From assembly GCA_963812965.1 (NCBI GenBank), contig CAWEXG010000004.1, forward strand, positions 79,702 through 143,701: 64,000 bases of DNA, in the 5' to 3' direction. A program made the translations under genes and the position numbers. The DNA is from an uncultured Acidimicrobiaceae bacterium. Its GTDB lineage: Bacteria > Actinomycetota > Acidimicrobiia > Acidimicrobiales > RAAP-2. Positions 62,441 through 64,000 of the stretch are shown here, piece after piece; positions within the stretch are counted from its first letter, which is position 1; each line of letters starts with the position of its first letter. Under the pieces are notes generated by a model. The model did not search any database, was not told the DNA's origin, and worked only from the letters and a program-made list of their open reading frames with translations.

Positions 62441-62884
62441 ATGGTGGGTAGGTACTTCACGGGCCGCTGTATACGGATGCACATGACGCTGCTCGTGCTG
62501 CTTCCGGCGTTCGGCGTCCTGACCTGGTGGCAGCTCAATCGAGCCGAGTCCGGGAACACGCTCAGCTGGGCATATACGTTCGAATGGCCGCTGTTCGCCG
62601 GGTACGCCTGCTACATGTGGTGGCACCTCATCCACGACACGCCCGAATCGAGGCAGCTGAGGACGGAGAGCGGCGAGATTGTTGCTGGTGGGGAATCAGG
62701 TGCCGTCGAAGCGCCGGTGGGCTGGGCTCTGGGCAAGCCCCGCCATGCCGAGCCCGTCGTCACAGAACCGTTCGCCGATGCAGCCGAGGCTGGGGTCGAC
62801 GACGACACCGAGGATGAGGCGTTGGCCGCCTACAACCGGTATCTTGCCGAGTTGAACGTTTCTGGTGGTCAAAAGACCTGGTGA
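62441..62884 (+). CDS. Small membrane protein, unknown function
   Basis: 3' part of ORF 61892..62884, with two TM helices (LLVLLPAFGVLTWW, WPLFAGYACYMWW) and an acidic tail. Start is at 62441, 62477 or 62483. Confidence 0.45.
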   Translation: MVGRYFTGRCIRMHMTLLVLLPAFGVLTWWQLNRAESGNTLSWAYTFEWPLFAGYACYMWWHLIHDTPESRQLRTESGEIVAGGESGAVEAPVGWALGKPRHAEPVVTEPFADAAEAGVDDDTEDEALAAYNRYLAELNVSGGQKTW

Positions 62885-62935
62885 GCACGGCCCTTCCGGC
62901 TCGCTCTCCATGATCGGAGCCCGACGAGTGAAGGA

Positions 62936-63259
62936 GTGGCTGTGAGCGGAGCACTGCTGCGGTACCGGATCATGGCCTACATCGTGGGGACCGGCCTCAT
63001 CATCCTGGTGTTCGTGGGCATTCCGCTGCAGATCGCTGGTCATCCTGGCGTGGTCGGTGTGGTCGGGACCCTCCACGGGTTTCTCTACATCGTCTACCTG
63101 GTCGCCGGTGCTGATCTGGCCCGGCGGGCACACTGGTCGCTGGGGCGGATCGTCATGGTGGTGGCAGCCGGGTTCGTCCCGTTCGTGGCGTTCATCGTGG
63201 AGCGCAAGGTCACCCGCCAGATGAAGGAGTCCGGCGAGCTCGAGGTTGCGAACGGCTGA
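62936..63259 (+). CDS. DUF3817-family membrane protein
   Basis: 107-aa ORF. LRYRIMAYIVGTGLI..LHGFLYIVYL..AAGFVPF matches the DUF3817 pattern as I remember it. Confidence 0.65.
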   Translation: MAVSGALLRYRIMAYIVGTGLIILVFVGIPLQIAGHPGVVGVVGTLHGFLYIVYLVAGADLARRAHWSLGRIVMVVAAGFVPFVAFIVERKVTRQMKESGELEVANG

Positions 63260-63262
63260 CGG

Positions 63263-63312
63263 GTTTCCTGGACCATCAACTCCTTATCCGTTGAGCCTCC
63301 AGGTCCCGAAAC
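63263..63312 (+). terminator. Long imperfect hairpin after the DUF3817 gene
   Basis: GTTTCCTGGA..(TCAAC..GTTGA)..TCCAGGtcccGAAAC, read directly. Confidence 0.25.
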
Positions 63313-63470
63313 TACGTTTGAGAGGTGGTGTCCTATGAAGGGACACGAGCATGGAGAGACCGCGTGACCGACCGATTCGCTGGACAAGCCTCACCGTGGT
63401 GCGTGTACCGGACGGTGAAGCGCGCCAGGTCTCTTCCCGTTCGTCACAGGCCAGGGTCTCGGTCGACGTC

Positions 63471-64000
63471 GTGACTGATCTTCACGCCCGTCCTACCTCG
63501 GTGCATCTCGACGACAAGTTCTTGGCAACGGACGGCCGGGTACTGCTCTCGGGCATCCAGGCGCTGGTTCGTCTGACCCTCGATCAACGCAGGTTGGACG
63601 CCGGACGCGGCCTTAATACGGGTATTTATGTCAGCGGGTACCCGGGTTCCCCATTGGGTGGTCTGGACCTCGAGTTCGGCCGTGCCCGACGTTTGCTCGA
63701 TTCCGACAGGATGGTGTTCCACCCTGGTCTCAACGAGGAGATCGCTGCGACCTCGGTGGCGGGAACACAGCTCCTCAGGCACGTTCCGGGACGTACCCGC
63801 GACGGGGTGACCGGCTTCTGGTATGGGAAGAACCCTGGTCTCGATCGTGCAGCGGACGCCATTCGTCACGGCAACATCGCCGGCACAGCCCCCCTCGGCG
63901 GCGCTGTTGCATGGATCGGGGACGATCCGGCATGTAAGTCGTCGACCCTCCCGAGCGGGTGCGAGCTCCTGGCGAGGAGCTTGCATCTGCCGCTCTTGGC
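63471..64000 (+). CDS. Indolepyruvate:ferredoxin oxidoreductase-family protein, N-terminal fragment (runs off the right edge)
   Basis: Not in the ORF track (GTG start, no stop in the window). Hand translation gives ..LDDKFLATDGRVLLSGIQALVRLTLDQRRLDAGRGLNTGIYVSGYPGSPLGGLD..GLNEEIAATSVAGTQ..GFWYGKNPGLDRAADAIRHGN.. Confidence 0.75.
   Translation, partial: MTDLHARPTSVHLDDKFLATDGRVLLSGIQALVRLTLDQRRLDAGRGLNTGIYVSGYPGSPLGGLDLEFGRARRLLDSDRMVFHPGLNEEIAATSVAGTQLLRHVPGRTRDGVTGFWYGKNPGLDRAADAIRHGNIAGTAPLGGAVAWIGDDPACKSSTLPSGCELLARSLHLPLL

Overview
This is a 64 kb chromosomal segment from a high-GC (about 65-70%) bacterium. Gene content and order point to Actinomycetota: wecA-atpI-atpBEFHAGDC-murA, the GlgE-pathway pair treS-pep2, MMPL, and F420-family and steroid-type beta-oxidation genes. 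I cannot assign a finer taxon without a database search.

Most of the window is core metabolism:
- Amino-acid genes: ilvC (fragment), serC, aspC, serA, leuCD, glyA.
- Housekeeping genes: greA, rpiB, wecA, the complete F1Fo ATP synthase operon, glpX, murA, meaB, galT, ychF.
- treS-pep2.
- A divergent sulfate-assimilation cluster: sirC-like<-cysN<-cysD | cysH->sir->FrhB-like->orf.
- An acyl-CoA/steroid-type beta-oxidation cluster: thiolase, HMGS-like::DUF35, two ACADs, a family III CoA-transferase, a MaoC pair.
- A cdo-rhodanese-DMT sulfur cluster, several transporters, and the 5' end of an indolepyruvate:ferredoxin oxidoreductase-family gene.

Accessory content is limited:
- A toxin-antitoxin islet between serA and the MMPL gene. 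It holds hipBA with a four-site phased operator array, a possible small membrane peptide, and MNT/HEPN.
- A complete group II intron with an intact RT/maturase, directly followed by a Phd/YefM-PIN (vapBC-like) pair.

I saw no rRNA, tRNA or CRISPR.

The points I consider most worth follow-up:
1. An assimilatory siroheme sulfite reductase translationally coupled to an FrhB/FpoF-family protein. This could be a split analogue of archaeal F420-dependent Fsr.
2. A (GGGTGCC)x17 heptanucleotide, G-quadruplex-type microsatellite inside the cdo-rhodanese-DMT cluster.
3. The hipB operator array.
4. Recurrent in-frame 9/15/18-bp tandem duplications in protein tails.
5. Thiolase-fold and HMGS-fold proteins that appear to lack the nucleophilic Cys and are fused to OB-fold (DUF35-like) domains.
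6. About 40 reading-frame breaks clustered in patches, hitting essential genes. These are most likely assembly or base-calling indels, and every frame-broken gene call should be read with that in mind.

All protein-family assignments come from reading the translated ORFs against remembered family motifs. No searches were run. Start codons are often uncertain (GTG/TTG starts are common), and frameshift positions are approximate.
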